The notes under the pieces are model-generated. The model was not told the origin of the DNA and did not search any database. It was given only the letters and a program-made list of their open reading frames with translations. A stretch of 58,214 bases of DNA from Burkholderiales bacterium (lineage in GTDB: Bacteria > Pseudomonadota > Gammaproteobacteria > Burkholderiales > SG8-39), in assembly GCA_038319115.1 (NCBI GenBank), contig JBBQCV010000001.1, positions 1 through 58,214 of the forward strand, given 5' to 3'. Shown here in pieces: positions 1-8,475 of the stretch; positions within the stretch are counted from its first letter, which is position 1, and the number at the start of each line of letters is the position of its first letter. A program made the position numbers and the translations under genes.

Positions 1-17
1 CAGGCCCTGCGCACGAA

Positions 18-56
18 CTTGCCCAACCCGCCTGCCTAACCCACCTGCCCAACCCC
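18..56 (+). repeat. Three tandem imperfect 13-nt repeats (cttgcccaacccg / cctgcctaaccca / cctgcccaacccc) just upstream of pssA
   Basis: Read directly from the sequence. Units match 11/13 pairwise. The array ends 10 nt before the ATG at 67. Confidence 0.8.
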
Positions 57-66
57 TCCACCGGAG

Positions 67-720
67 ATGGCCTTGAAGACGATCCTCGAAACCGCCCTCG
101 AGCAAGGCGCGCCGCGACACCTTTCGATGGTGCGCAGCTTCCACCTCGCCGACCTGTTCACGCTGGCCAACGCGGCGTGCGGGGTGGCCGGCGTGTTCCT
201 CGCCATGCTGTTCATCGACAGCGGCTGGATCCGCCATTTCCTCTGGGCCGCGGCGATGGCGCCGCTGGCGTTCTTCTTCGACGTGCTCGACGGGCGCATC
301 GCGCGCGCGCGCCACACCCACTCGGCCTTCGGACGCGAACTCGAGTCGCTCGCCGACGTGATCTCGTTCGGGGTGGCCCCTGCCGCCCTCGCCTTCGCCG
401 CGGGCATGCGTGGCGGGTGGGATGCGTTCGCGCTGATCTACTTTGTCTGCTGCGGCGTGAGCCGCCTCGCGCGCTTCAACGTCACGGCCGAGAGCCTCGC
501 CACCGATAGCGGCAAGGTCGCCTATTTCGAAGGCACCCCCATTCCCTCCAGCGTGGTGCTCACCGCGCTGCTCACTTTCGCTGTGTGGCGCGGCCGCATC
601 GGCGAGGCCCTGTATGGCGGCGTGTGGTCGCTGGGCTGGGACCTGCACCCCTTGAGCCTGCTGTTCGTGCTCTCGGGCACGCTGATGATCAGCAAGACGC
701 TGCGGATCCCGAAATTCTAG
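67..720 (+). CDS. pssA: CDP-diacylglycerol--serine O-phosphatidyltransferase (CDP-alcohol phosphatidyltransferase family)
   Basis: 217 aa, multi-pass hydrophobic. CDP-alcohol transferase motif DGRIARARHTHSAFGRELESLADVISFG. GGAG lies 4 nt upstream of the ATG. Confidence 0.85.
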   Translation: MALKTILETALEQGAPRHLSMVRSFHLADLFTLANAACGVAGVFLAMLFIDSGWIRHFLWAAAMAPLAFFFDVLDGRIARARHTHSAFGRELESLADVISFGVAPAALAFAAGMRGGWDAFALIYFVCCGVSRLARFNVTAESLATDSGKVAYFEGTPIPSSVVLTALLTFAVWRGRIGEALYGGVWSLGWDLHPLSLLFVLSGTLMISKTLRIPKF

Positions 721-754
721 GAAACCGACGCGAGGCCACGCTATCCTCCGTGGC

Positions 755-1423
755 ATGCAAACCCCCGCCGCACCGCCGCGCTACGACGCGATCCTGTTCG
801 ACCTGCTCACGGCCCTGATCGACTCATGGGCGTTGTGGAACCGCGTGGCCGGCAGCGAGGAAGCAGGACGCAGGTGGCGCGCCGAGTACCTGCGCCTCAC
901 CTACGGCTGCGGAACCTATCTGCCCTACGAAAGCCTGGTGGCCGAAGCGGCCCGCGCGAGCGGCCTGTCGAACGAGCATGCCGCGCGCCTCTGCCTCGAA
1001 TGGGAAACGCTGCAGCCCTGGGACGACGCGGTCGCGCTGCTTGGCGCGCTCGCGCCGCACTACCGCCTCGGGGTGGTGACCAACTGCTCCGAAGTCCTCG
1101 GCCGCCGCGCGGCGGCGCTCATGCAGGTGCCGTTCGAGTGCATCGTGACCGCCGAGCGCGCCGGCTTCTACAAACCCGATCCCGCGCCCTACCTTCTGGC
1201 GCTGCGCGACCTCGGCCTGCCCGCCGAGCGCGTTTTGTTCGTCGCCGGCTCGGGCTTCGACCTGATCGGCACCGCCCGCATCGGCATGACCACGCTGTGG
1301 CACAACCGTGTCGGCCTCGCTTCGCCGCAGGGCGCCCCCGCCGCCGCGGCCGAGGCGGCGACGCTACGCCCGATGGTCGAGGATTTCCTGCAGCGCTCCA
1401 GCCAACCTGAAGTCATTCCATGA
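755..1423 (+). CDS. HAD-superfamily hydrolase (haloacid dehalogenase-like)
   Basis: 222 aa. N-terminal ILFDLLTALIDSW (nucleophile Asp region), VVTNCS, FYKPDPAPY and FVAGSGFDLIGT motifs typical of the HAD fold. Stop overlaps the next start (ATGA at 1420..1423). Confidence 0.75.
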   Translation: MQTPAAPPRYDAILFDLLTALIDSWALWNRVAGSEEAGRRWRAEYLRLTYGCGTYLPYESLVAEAARASGLSNEHAARLCLEWETLQPWDDAVALLGALAPHYRLGVVTNCSEVLGRRAAALMQVPFECIVTAERAGFYKPDPAPYLLALRDLGLPAERVLFVAGSGFDLIGTARIGMTTLWHNRVGLASPQGAPAAAAEAATLRPMVEDFLQRSSQPEVIP

Positions 1424-2562
1424 CCCCGGACCCGACCCTCGCCGAACTCGATACCCCTGCGCTGCTGCTGGATCGCGGCAAGGTCGCCGCCAACGCCGCG
1501 CGCCTGCGCTCGCACATCGAATCCCTCGGCTCGCGGCTGCGGCTGCACGTGAAGACTGCCAAGTCGCTTGGGGTGGCGCGCCTCGTGCTCGGCGAAGCGC
1601 CCGCACCGATCACCGTGTCGACGCTCAAGGAAGCCGAGCAGTTCGCCGTCCACGGCTATCGCGACATCCTGTATGGCGTGGCTTTCGCGCCGGACAAGCT
1701 CGCGCGCGCCCTTGCGCTCGCGCGCAACGGCGTGGACCTGGCGATCGTGCTCGACAGCCTGCAGGCGGCACGCACGATCGCCGGCCTGCTCGGCCCGGAC
1801 GCTCCGGCCTTGCGCGTGCTGGTCGAGATCGACTGCGACGGACACCGCGCGGGCCTGCGGCCCGGCGACCCGGCGATAGTCGAAATCGCACGCGCGCTGG
1901 CCGGCAGCCGCGCACAGGTGGCCGGGGTCATGACTCACGCGGGCGGTTCGTACGACTGCCGCAGCGTCGATGCGATTCGCGCGATGGCCGTGCAGGAGCG
2001 CGATGCAGTCATTGCCGCCGCGCATGCGTTGCGCGCAGCCGGGTTTGACGCGCCGGTCGTGAGCGTCGGCTCCACGCCCACCGCCACGTACGCCGATGAC
2101 CTCACGGGCGTGACCGAGGTGCGTGCCGGGGTGTTCGTGTTTTTCGACCTGGTGATGGCCGGCATCGGCGTGTGCCGCGTGGAAGACATCGCCGTCTCGG
2201 TGCTCGGCACGGTGATCGGGCACCAGCGCGAAAAGGGATGGACGCTCACCGACGCGGGCTGGATGGCCATGTCGCGCGACCGCGGCACCGCGAAACAGCC
2301 GCTCGACCAGGGCTATGGCGTGGTCTGCGACGCGGCGGGCCGGCCGATTCCCGGGCTCATCGTGTCGGATGCGAGCCAGGAGCACGGCATCATCAGCCAT
2401 CGCAGCGGCGATCCGGCGCGCATGCCGGACCTGCCGATCGGCACGCGCCTGCGCATCCTGCCCAACCACGCCTGCGCAACCGCCGCGCAGTACGATCACT
2501 ATGCGGTGCTCGACGGCGACGGGCGCATCGAGGCCACCTGGCCACGCTTCTCGGGCTGGTGA
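1420..2562 (+). CDS. DSD1-family PLP enzyme (D-serine dehydratase / D-threonine aldolase-like; alanine racemase N-terminal domain)
   Basis: 380 aa. LDTPALLLD start, PLP-lysine context LHVKTAK, C-terminal LPNHACATAAQYDHY typical of the family. Translationally coupled to the HAD gene. Confidence 0.8.
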   Translation: MTPDPTLAELDTPALLLDRGKVAANAARLRSHIESLGSRLRLHVKTAKSLGVARLVLGEAPAPITVSTLKEAEQFAVHGYRDILYGVAFAPDKLARALALARNGVDLAIVLDSLQAARTIAGLLGPDAPALRVLVEIDCDGHRAGLRPGDPAIVEIARALAGSRAQVAGVMTHAGGSYDCRSVDAIRAMAVQERDAVIAAAHALRAAGFDAPVVSVGSTPTATYADDLTGVTEVRAGVFVFFDLVMAGIGVCRVEDIAVSVLGTVIGHQREKGWTLTDAGWMAMSRDRGTAKQPLDQGYGVVCDAAGRPIPGLIVSDASQEHGIISHRSGDPARMPDLPIGTRLRILPNHACATAAQYDHYAVLDGDGRIEATWPRFSGW

Positions 2563-2655
2563 CAGTGGCCTCGCGCACCTGAAACAACGCACGGACCGGC
2601 CCAGCGCGGCTGGTAAGATCGGCGCATCCCCACGCATCGCCACAAAGGAAGCGCC

Positions 2656-3009
2656 ATGCCCGCGAAAGCCAACTACATTTTCACCGTCAGCATGGATGTC
2701 GAAGCCGACAAGGAAGCCCTCTTCAACGAGGTCTACGACACCGAGCACATCCCGCTGATCCTCAAGGTCCCCGGCGTGGTGTCGGCCAAGCGCTACAAGA
2801 TGGAACCGCTCACCATGATCCTCGGCGGCGAGAAGAAATCCATCGTCATGGAAGGCGAGCCGGTCTACATGGCCGTGTATGAGCTCGAGAGCGCCGACGT
2901 GCTCGTGGGCGAAGGCTGGGCCAAGGCGGTGGATTCGGGTCGCTGGCCGTCGCACGTGCGGCCTTTCACCAAAAACCGCCGCCACGTCCTGCGCAAGCTG
3001 ACCGGCTAG
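2656..3009 (+). CDS. Small conserved hypothetical protein, possibly a dimeric alpha/beta-barrel (DUF4286/EthD-like)
   Basis: 117 aa with balanced composition unlike the R/A/G-rich spurious ORFs. aaggaag RBS-like element upstream of the ATG. The function call is a weak pattern match only. Confidence 0.55.
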   Translation: MPAKANYIFTVSMDVEADKEALFNEVYDTEHIPLILKVPGVVSAKRYKMEPLTMILGGEKKSIVMEGEPVYMAVYELESADVLVGEGWAKAVDSGRWPSHVRPFTKNRRHVLRKLTG

Positions 3010-3036
3010 GACGCGCGGGCGCGCGCCGCGGCCTTT

Positions 3037-3663
3037 TCAGCGCGGCGGCACGGCCTTGCGCGGCTCGGGGGCCGGGCCGAGGCGCACGATCGCGATGCGC
3101 GCCGTTTCACCGCTCGCGACGAGGGCGCAGCGTTCGCCTTGCGGCGAGTCGAGAAGCACCGATTCAAGCGGCTTCAGGGGCAGGGCGTCGCCGCTGACCT
3201 GCGCCTCGCCTTCGAGGAGCACGGCGACCACGGTCTCGCCCGCGCGCTGCTCGCAAAAGAGGGGCCCCCGCCAGCGCGGCAGCACGATCCTGGCGCTGGC
3301 CCGGCTGCGCCGCGTCATTACGTTGAACACCTGCACGGGCTCGCCGAGCAGGCGGCAGGTGGTTTCCCAATCGCCGCTGAAGGCGAAAGGCACGAAGGGC
3401 GTGCCGACCGCGCGACGCACGTTCACATTGTTGATGATATCGATGCACGTAAGTTCGACGCCGGCCCCCGCCAGCAGCATGAACTGCCGGTCCATGCCGG
3501 ACAGGGCCGAAAACGGGCAGTCGATGCCGATGTCGGTGGTGCTCACCTGCCAGTCGGCCGTGTCGTGGCCGCCGATGGCCGGGTGCGAAGCGATGACGCG
3601 CGACACGCCCAGCCTGTTCTTCCAGGCAAGCGTGGCGTACTCGGCCGAGCGCAGGATTCGCAT
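3037..3663 (-). CDS. HutD/Ves-family protein
   Basis: 208 aa. N-terminus MRILRSAEYATLAWKNRLGVSRVIA resembles the HutD-family signature (..Y...PWKNG.G.T.EI). Confidence 0.75.
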   Translation of the reverse strand: MRILRSAEYATLAWKNRLGVSRVIASHPAIGGHDTADWQVSTTDIGIDCPFSALSGMDRQFMLLAGAGVELTCIDIINNVNVRRAVGTPFVPFAFSGDWETTCRLLGEPVQVFNVMTRRSRASARIVLPRWRGPLFCEQRAGETVVAVLLEGEAQVSGDALPLKPLESVLLDSPQGERCALVASGETARIAIVRLGPAPEPRKAVPPR

Positions 3664-3711
3664 GTCCGAATATAGCGTCGAATCCGGTTAGCATTACGAC
3701 ATTCGAGAATC

Positions 3712-5499
3712 ATGCCGCCCCTCCTGCCTGCCCCCGCCCCAGCGCCTGTGCCCGCTCCCGTCTCCGCCCCGACGACGGCCGCGGATGCGTCGCAGCGGGG
3801 TCCACGGCGTCCTTCCAGGGATGCGCGCCGCGCCCGCATCGCATCGGGTGTGGTGCTGTTCATCTTCGTCGCCACGCACCTGGTCAACCACGCGCTCGGA
3901 CTGGTCTCGCTCGCGGCGATGGAGGCCGGCCGCTGGGCGTTCCTCGCCGTGTGGCGCAATTCCGTGGGCACGGCGCTCATTGCCGGCGCGATCGTGGTCC
4001 ACATCGCGCTGGCCGTCTGGTCGATCTACCTGCGCCGCCAGTTCCGCATGCCGTTCTGGGAGGGATTCCAGATCCTGCTGGGCGTGGCGATCCCGCTGCT
4101 GCTCGTCGACCACGTCATCGGGACGCGTCTTTCCCACGAAGAATTCGGCTTCGAAGATTCGTACACCGCGGTGGTGCTGGTGTTCTGGGTGCTCAAGCCC
4201 GAACTGGCGCTGTGGCAGAGCATCCTGGTGCTGGTGGCCTGGGCGCATGGCTGCATGGGCATCCACTACTGGCTGCGCATGGAGCCCTGGTATGCGCGCA
4301 TCCGCATGGTGCTGTACACCATCGTGGTCCTGCTGCCCGTGCTTGGCCTGCTTGGGTTCGCGCAGGCTGGCCGCTTCGTCGCCAGCCTCGCGGCCGACCC
4401 GATCTGGGCGCGCGAGCTGCTGGCCGATGCGCGCGCGCCCGACGTCATGGCCTCTGCCGCGCTCAAGCACACCGGCGACTCCATCGAATTGGTGTTCGCC
4501 TTCCTGCTCGCCATCACGCTGGTGGCGCGCGCGGTGCGCGAGGTCATCGAGCGCGGAAGCTCGGTGCGCATCACCTATCCCGGCCGGCGGGTGGTTACTG
4601 TCCCGGTGGGCTTCTCGATCCTCGAGGCCAGCCGCCAGGAGCGCATCCCGCATGCTTCGGTGTGCGGCGGGCGCGGGCGCTGCTCGACTTGCCGGGTACG
4701 CGTCTTGTCGGGCGCGGGCCCGTTGCCACCGCCGCGCCCGACCGAGGCGCGCGTGCTCGCGCGCCTGAATGCCCCGCCCGACGTGCGCCTCGCCTGCCAG
4801 CTGCGGCCGGTCCACGACCTGAGTCTCATGCTCCTTATTCCGCCCAGCATGAAGCCGATGGAGTCCCTCGAGCACCCCGGCATCATGGCCGGGCGCGAAA
4901 GGGAGGTCTGCGTCATGTTCGCCGACCTGCGCGGGTTCACCAAGATCGCCGAAAAGCGCCTGCCCTACGACGTCGTCTTCCTGCTCAACCGCTACTTCGA
5001 GGCGGTGGGGGACGCGATCGAGGCGGCCGGCGGCATCCCGAACCAGTTCATCGGCGACGGCATCATGGCGCTGTTCGGAGTCGAAAGCGGCGCGGCGGCG
5101 GGTGCGCGCGACGCGCTGGCGGCCGCGCGCGCCATGCACCGTGCAATCACCGACCTGAGCGCAGAACTGCACGAAGCGCTGCCCGAGCCGCTGCGCCTGG
5201 GCATCGGCGTGCACGTGGGGCCGGCGGTCGTCGGGCACATGGGCCGCGGCGTCGCCACCTACCTCACCGCGGTCGGCGACACGGTCAACACCGCCAGCCG
5301 CCTGCAGGACCACACCAAGGAATTCGCCTGCGAACTGATCGTGTCCGACCGCGTTGCCGAGCGCGCTGGGATCGACCTGTCGGGGTTTCCGCGCGAAGAA
5401 ATCACGGTGCGCAACCGCGCCGAGCCAGTGACGGTGAGGATCGTCAAGGACGTAGAGTCCCTGCCGCTTCCGCAAGCAAGGGCTGCGGAGCGCGCGTAG
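3712..5499 (+). CDS. Membrane-anchored 2Fe-2S ferredoxin-domain / class III adenylate-guanylate cyclase
   Basis: 595 aa. About 6 hydrophobic helices with intramembrane His residues (ATHLVNH, VVHIAL, VDHVIG, AWAHGCMGIHYW). Cys cluster CGGRGRCSTC...LAC. Cyclase motifs VMFADLRGFT, FIGDGIMALFG, GDTVNTASRL. Confidence 0.85.
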   Translation: MPPLLPAPAPAPVPAPVSAPTTAADASQRGPRRPSRDARRARIASGVVLFIFVATHLVNHALGLVSLAAMEAGRWAFLAVWRNSVGTALIAGAIVVHIALAVWSIYLRRQFRMPFWEGFQILLGVAIPLLLVDHVIGTRLSHEEFGFEDSYTAVVLVFWVLKPELALWQSILVLVAWAHGCMGIHYWLRMEPWYARIRMVLYTIVVLLPVLGLLGFAQAGRFVASLAADPIWARELLADARAPDVMASAALKHTGDSIELVFAFLLAITLVARAVREVIERGSSVRITYPGRRVVTVPVGFSILEASRQERIPHASVCGGRGRCSTCRVRVLSGAGPLPPPRPTEARVLARLNAPPDVRLACQLRPVHDLSLMLLIPPSMKPMESLEHPGIMAGREREVCVMFADLRGFTKIAEKRLPYDVVFLLNRYFEAVGDAIEAAGGIPNQFIGDGIMALFGVESGAAAGARDALAAARAMHRAITDLSAELHEALPEPLRLGIGVHVGPAVVGHMGRGVATYLTAVGDTVNTASRLQDHTKEFACELIVSDRVAERAGIDLSGFPREEITVRNRAEPVTVRIVKDVESLPLPQARAAERA

Positions 5500-5572
5500 T
5501 GACGTTGCGATTCGTGCCCGACGGACGTTGCGCAAGCAGTCGAATGGGTAATTGGGCGGCGGCCCGCCCGCT

Positions 5573-6643
5573 TCAGCCCTCGACGGCGGCCTGCCAGCCT
5601 TCCTTCATCTGGCGGTCGAAATCCTCCGCCACGCGGGCGTCCTTCTCGAGCATCGCGTCGGCGTCGGTGGTCGCGTATTTCATCACCCCAAGGTCGGTGA
5701 ACGCCTTCTGCACGCGCGGGCTCCACAGGCCGATGTCGCGCACCGTGGGGACGATGCGCGAGAACAGGCGCATGCGGTAGCGGATGTTGGCCTCGGAGGC
5801 CTCGATCACCGGCAGGATGTCGTCGGGCTCGTAGCCGAGCTTTTCCCACATCTCTCGCGCGCGCATGCGGTCGCTCAGGTAGATCGAGCCCTCGATGATG
5901 AAATCCTCGCGCTCGCGCCGCTCGGCCTCGGTGAGTTGCGGGTAATAGTCCTTGAGCGCCATGCGCCCGAAGGCGACGTGCCGTGCCTCGTCCTGCATCA
6001 CGTAGGCGTTCACCTGGCGGCACAGCAGGTTCTTCGAATAGTCACGAATGCTCTGGAAAGCCACCAGCGCAAGGCCTTCGATAAGCACCTGCATGCCGAG
6101 ATAGGTGAAATCCCAGCGCTTGTCCGACAACGTCTTTTCGAGCAACGCCTTCAACGGCGGCGATATCGGGTACACCATGCGGTACTTGTCGGTCAGCAGC
6201 TTCCTGAACGCCTCCACATGGCGCGCCTCGTCCATGACCTGGGTGGCGGCATAAAACTTGGATTCGATGTCGGGCACGTCCTGCACGATGCGCGCGGTAC
6301 ACACCAGCGCCCCCTGCTCGCCGTGCAGGAACTGCGACAGCGTGTGCACCTGGTTGTGGTAGCGCAGTTCGGTCTTCTGCCGCGCCGACAGCTTGTCCCA
6401 CAGCGGCGTGCCGTAGAGCGGCAGCACCGTTTCGTCCATCTGCATCGGGTCTTCCGGGTCGACCGGCAGGCTCCAGTCGATGCGCGTGGCCGCGTCCCAT
6501 TGCTGGCGCTTGCCCTTGGCGTACAGGTTGAGCAGCTCGGAGCTGCGCGCGTCGTAGTCCCAGGTAAAGGAGGCCTCGACCTCGCCGTTGACTTTCCAAT
6601 GGGTCTCCTCGACCGGGAGCGCGTAGCGATAGAGCGTGGACAT
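5573..6643 (-). CDS. Ferritin-like diiron (ExxH x2) protein, putative diiron oxygenase
   Basis: 356 aa. Two ExxH motifs (MDEARHVEAF and MQDEARHVAFG) with additional carboxylates (HGEQG, LIEGLA), as in diiron carboxylate enzymes. Confidence 0.7.
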   Translation of the reverse strand: MSTLYRYALPVEETHWKVNGEVEASFTWDYDARSSELLNLYAKGKRQQWDAATRIDWSLPVDPEDPMQMDETVLPLYGTPLWDKLSARQKTELRYHNQVHTLSQFLHGEQGALVCTARIVQDVPDIESKFYAATQVMDEARHVEAFRKLLTDKYRMVYPISPPLKALLEKTLSDKRWDFTYLGMQVLIEGLALVAFQSIRDYSKNLLCRQVNAYVMQDEARHVAFGRMALKDYYPQLTEAERREREDFIIEGSIYLSDRMRAREMWEKLGYEPDDILPVIEASEANIRYRMRLFSRIVPTVRDIGLWSPRVQKAFTDLGVMKYATTDADAMLEKDARVAEDFDRQMKEGWQAAVEG

Positions 6644-6688
6644 AAACTTCTCCGATGCGACCTTGGCTGGATGGTAGACCTATGCCGC

Positions 6689-6738
6689 GGGGGCGTCGAG
6701 CTGCCGCCGCAGGGGGGGGGCGTCGAGCCGCCGCAAGG
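6689..6738. repeat. Direct repeat (core cgtcgagc[t]gccgccgca[a]gg, 27-nt period) flanking a G9 homopolymer in a divergent intergenic region
   Basis: Repeat cores at 6694..6713 and 6721..6738. G9 run at 6712..6720. Lies between the diiron gene start (6643) and the PPK2 start (6843). Confidence 0.75.
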
Positions 6739-6842
6739 CGGCGTCAGGCGATGTCAGGATCGGCGGGAACGGCGCGCGCAAGTTCATGGCGTGCGCCCGC
6801 GCCACGGTATCCTCTGCATTTGTCCCCAAAGGCACAGTCGCA

Positions 6843-7709
6843 ATGAAAATCAACACGGGTGAGTTCCGCGTCCGGCCGGGCGAGAAGGTCAAGCTGGCGG
6901 CACGCCCGACACGGGTCAAGGACTGGTACCAGTCCAAATCCGGTTACCGCGACCTGCTTGCCGAGCACATCGCCGAGCTGCAGGACCTGCAGGACCGGCT
7001 GTACGCCTCCAACGGCTACTCGGTCCTGTTCATCCTGCAGGCGATGGACGCGGCCGGCAAGGACGGCGTCATCAAGCACGTGATGTCAGGCCTCAACCCG
7101 CAGGGCTGCCAGGTGTTCAGCTTCAAGCACCCCAGCGCCGAGGAGCTCGACCACGACTTCCTGTGGCGTGCGGTGCGCGCCCTCCCTGAACGCGGCCGCA
7201 TCGGCATCTTCAACCGTTCTTACTACGAGGAAGTCCTCATCGTGCGCGTGCACCCCGCGATACTGCGCGCGCAGAACCTGCCCGACCTGCCCGCCGATGA
7301 AACCGAAACCTGGCAGGGGCGGTTTCGCTCGATCAACGATTTCGAGGCCCACCTGCACCGCAGCGGCACGCGCGTGGTGAAGTTCTTCCTGCACATTTCG
7401 AAAGACGAGCAGAAGAAGCGCTTCCTCGCGCGCATCGACGACCCGGCCAAGAACTGGAAATTCGTGCGCTCCGACCTCGAGGAGCGCGCCTGCTGGGACG
7501 ACTACCAGCGCGCCTACGAGGCCTGCCTCTCGGCGACCAGCACCAGCCTGTCGCCCTGGTACGTGGTGCCCGCCGACGACAAGAAGAACGCGCGCCTGGC
7601 CGTGTCGCGCATCGTGCTCGACACGCTTGCCGGGCTGGGCCTGGCCTACCCCGTTCTCGACGCCAAAGCGACGCGCGAGCTGGCCGGGATGCGCAAGCTG
7701 CTCAAATAA
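6843..7709 (+). CDS. ppk2: Polyphosphate kinase 2 family (polyphosphate:nucleotide phosphotransferase)
   Basis: ORF 6786..7709 trimmed to MKINTGEF at 6843. Walker A-like [31 protein letters not shown], and lid-like [17 protein letters not shown] typical of single-domain PPK2. Confidence 0.85.
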   Translation: MKINTGEFRVRPGEKVKLAARPTRVKDWYQSKSGYRDLLAEHIAELQDLQDRLYASNGYSVLFILQAMDAAGKDGVIKHVMSGLNPQGCQVFSFKHPSAEELDHDFLWRAVRALPERGRIGIFNRSYYEEVLIVRVHPAILRAQNLPDLPADETETWQGRFRSINDFEAHLHRSGTRVVKFFLHISKDEQKKRFLARIDDPAKNWKFVRSDLEERACWDDYQRAYEACLSATSTSLSPWYVVPADDKKNARLAVSRIVLDTLAGLGLAYPVLDAKATRELAGMRKLLK

Positions 7710-8475
7710 TCGACAGCCCGCCGTCGACCATGAGGGTCGCGCCGGTGATGAAGGAGGCCTCCGCCGAGCTCAGCCACAGCACCGGCCAGGCGATTTCGTC
7801 GGGCGAGGCCCAGCGGCCGATGAGCGAATTGTCGTCGCGGGCCTTGCGCGTCTCCTCCAGCGACTTGCCCGCCGCCTTGGCCCGTTTGAGATGGAAATCG
7901 GTCAGCGTCGAGCCCGGGCAGATCGCGTTGGCACGGATGCCGTTGCCCGCCTCCTCGTGCGCAAGGGTGCGCGTGAAGGCCAGCAGCGCGGCCTTGGAAG
8001 CGTCGTAGATGCCCATCCCCTTGCGTCCGGTCACGGCGTAGCAGGACGACACGTTCACGATGCTGCCCTGGCCCGAGCGGCGCAGCGGGGGGAGCGCGGC
8101 GCGGCAGTAGTTGGCCGCACCGAGCAGGTTGACATCGAGCATCGCGCGCCACTCCTGCGGCGTCGCATCGGCCATCGACGCGTAGTTGCGCATCGCCGCG
8201 TTGTTGACCAGCAGGTCGAGCTGGCCGAACTGCGCTATGGCATGCGCGACCGCACGCAGCGCGGCCTCGGCGTCGGAGACGTTCGCGGAAAAATGCGCGA
8301 CGCGCGCGCCCGGCGCCTTGTCGCGCAGCGCCTGCGCGGTGGCCTCGAGCGCCGCGGGATCCTGGTCGACCAGCACCACCGCGGCGCCCTCGGCGCAGAA
8401 CACCGCCCCAGTGGCCGCGCCGATGCCCGCGCCCCCACCGGTGATGAGCGCAACCTTGCCTTTCAGGCGGTCCAT
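7702..8475 (-). CDS. SDR-family oxidoreductase
   Basis: 257 aa. TGGGAGIG cofactor motif, NNAA, catalytic YDASKAA. Start overlaps the upstream amidohydrolase stop by 13 nt. Confidence 0.9.
   Translation of the reverse strand: MDRLKGKVALITGGGAGIGAATGAVFCAEGAAVVLVDQDPAALEATAQALRDKAPGARVAHFSANVSDAEAALRAVAHAIAQFGQLDLLVNNAAMRNYASMADATPQEWRAMLDVNLLGAANYCRAALPPLRRSGQGSIVNVSSCYAVTGRKGMGIYDASKAALLAFTRTLAHEEAGNGIRANAICPGSTLTDFHLKRAKAAGKSLEETRKARDDNSLIGRWASPDEIAWPVLWLSSAEASFITGATLMVDGGLSII

Noticed and set aside
1189-2985. 598-aa minus-strand ORF (mirror 55230..57026) overlapping the HAD and DSD1 genes
   Set aside because: It is antisense to two well-supported genes. Its composition is dominated by R/A/G/H/V runs typical of antisense frames in high-GC DNA, and it has no recognisable motifs.
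3694-5535. 613-aa minus-strand ORF and the 609-aa plus-strand ORF at 3951..5780, overlapping the cyclase gene
   Set aside because: These are alternative or antisense frames of the motif-rich cyclase CDS. They are R/G/A/H-rich and low in complexity, with no domain signatures.
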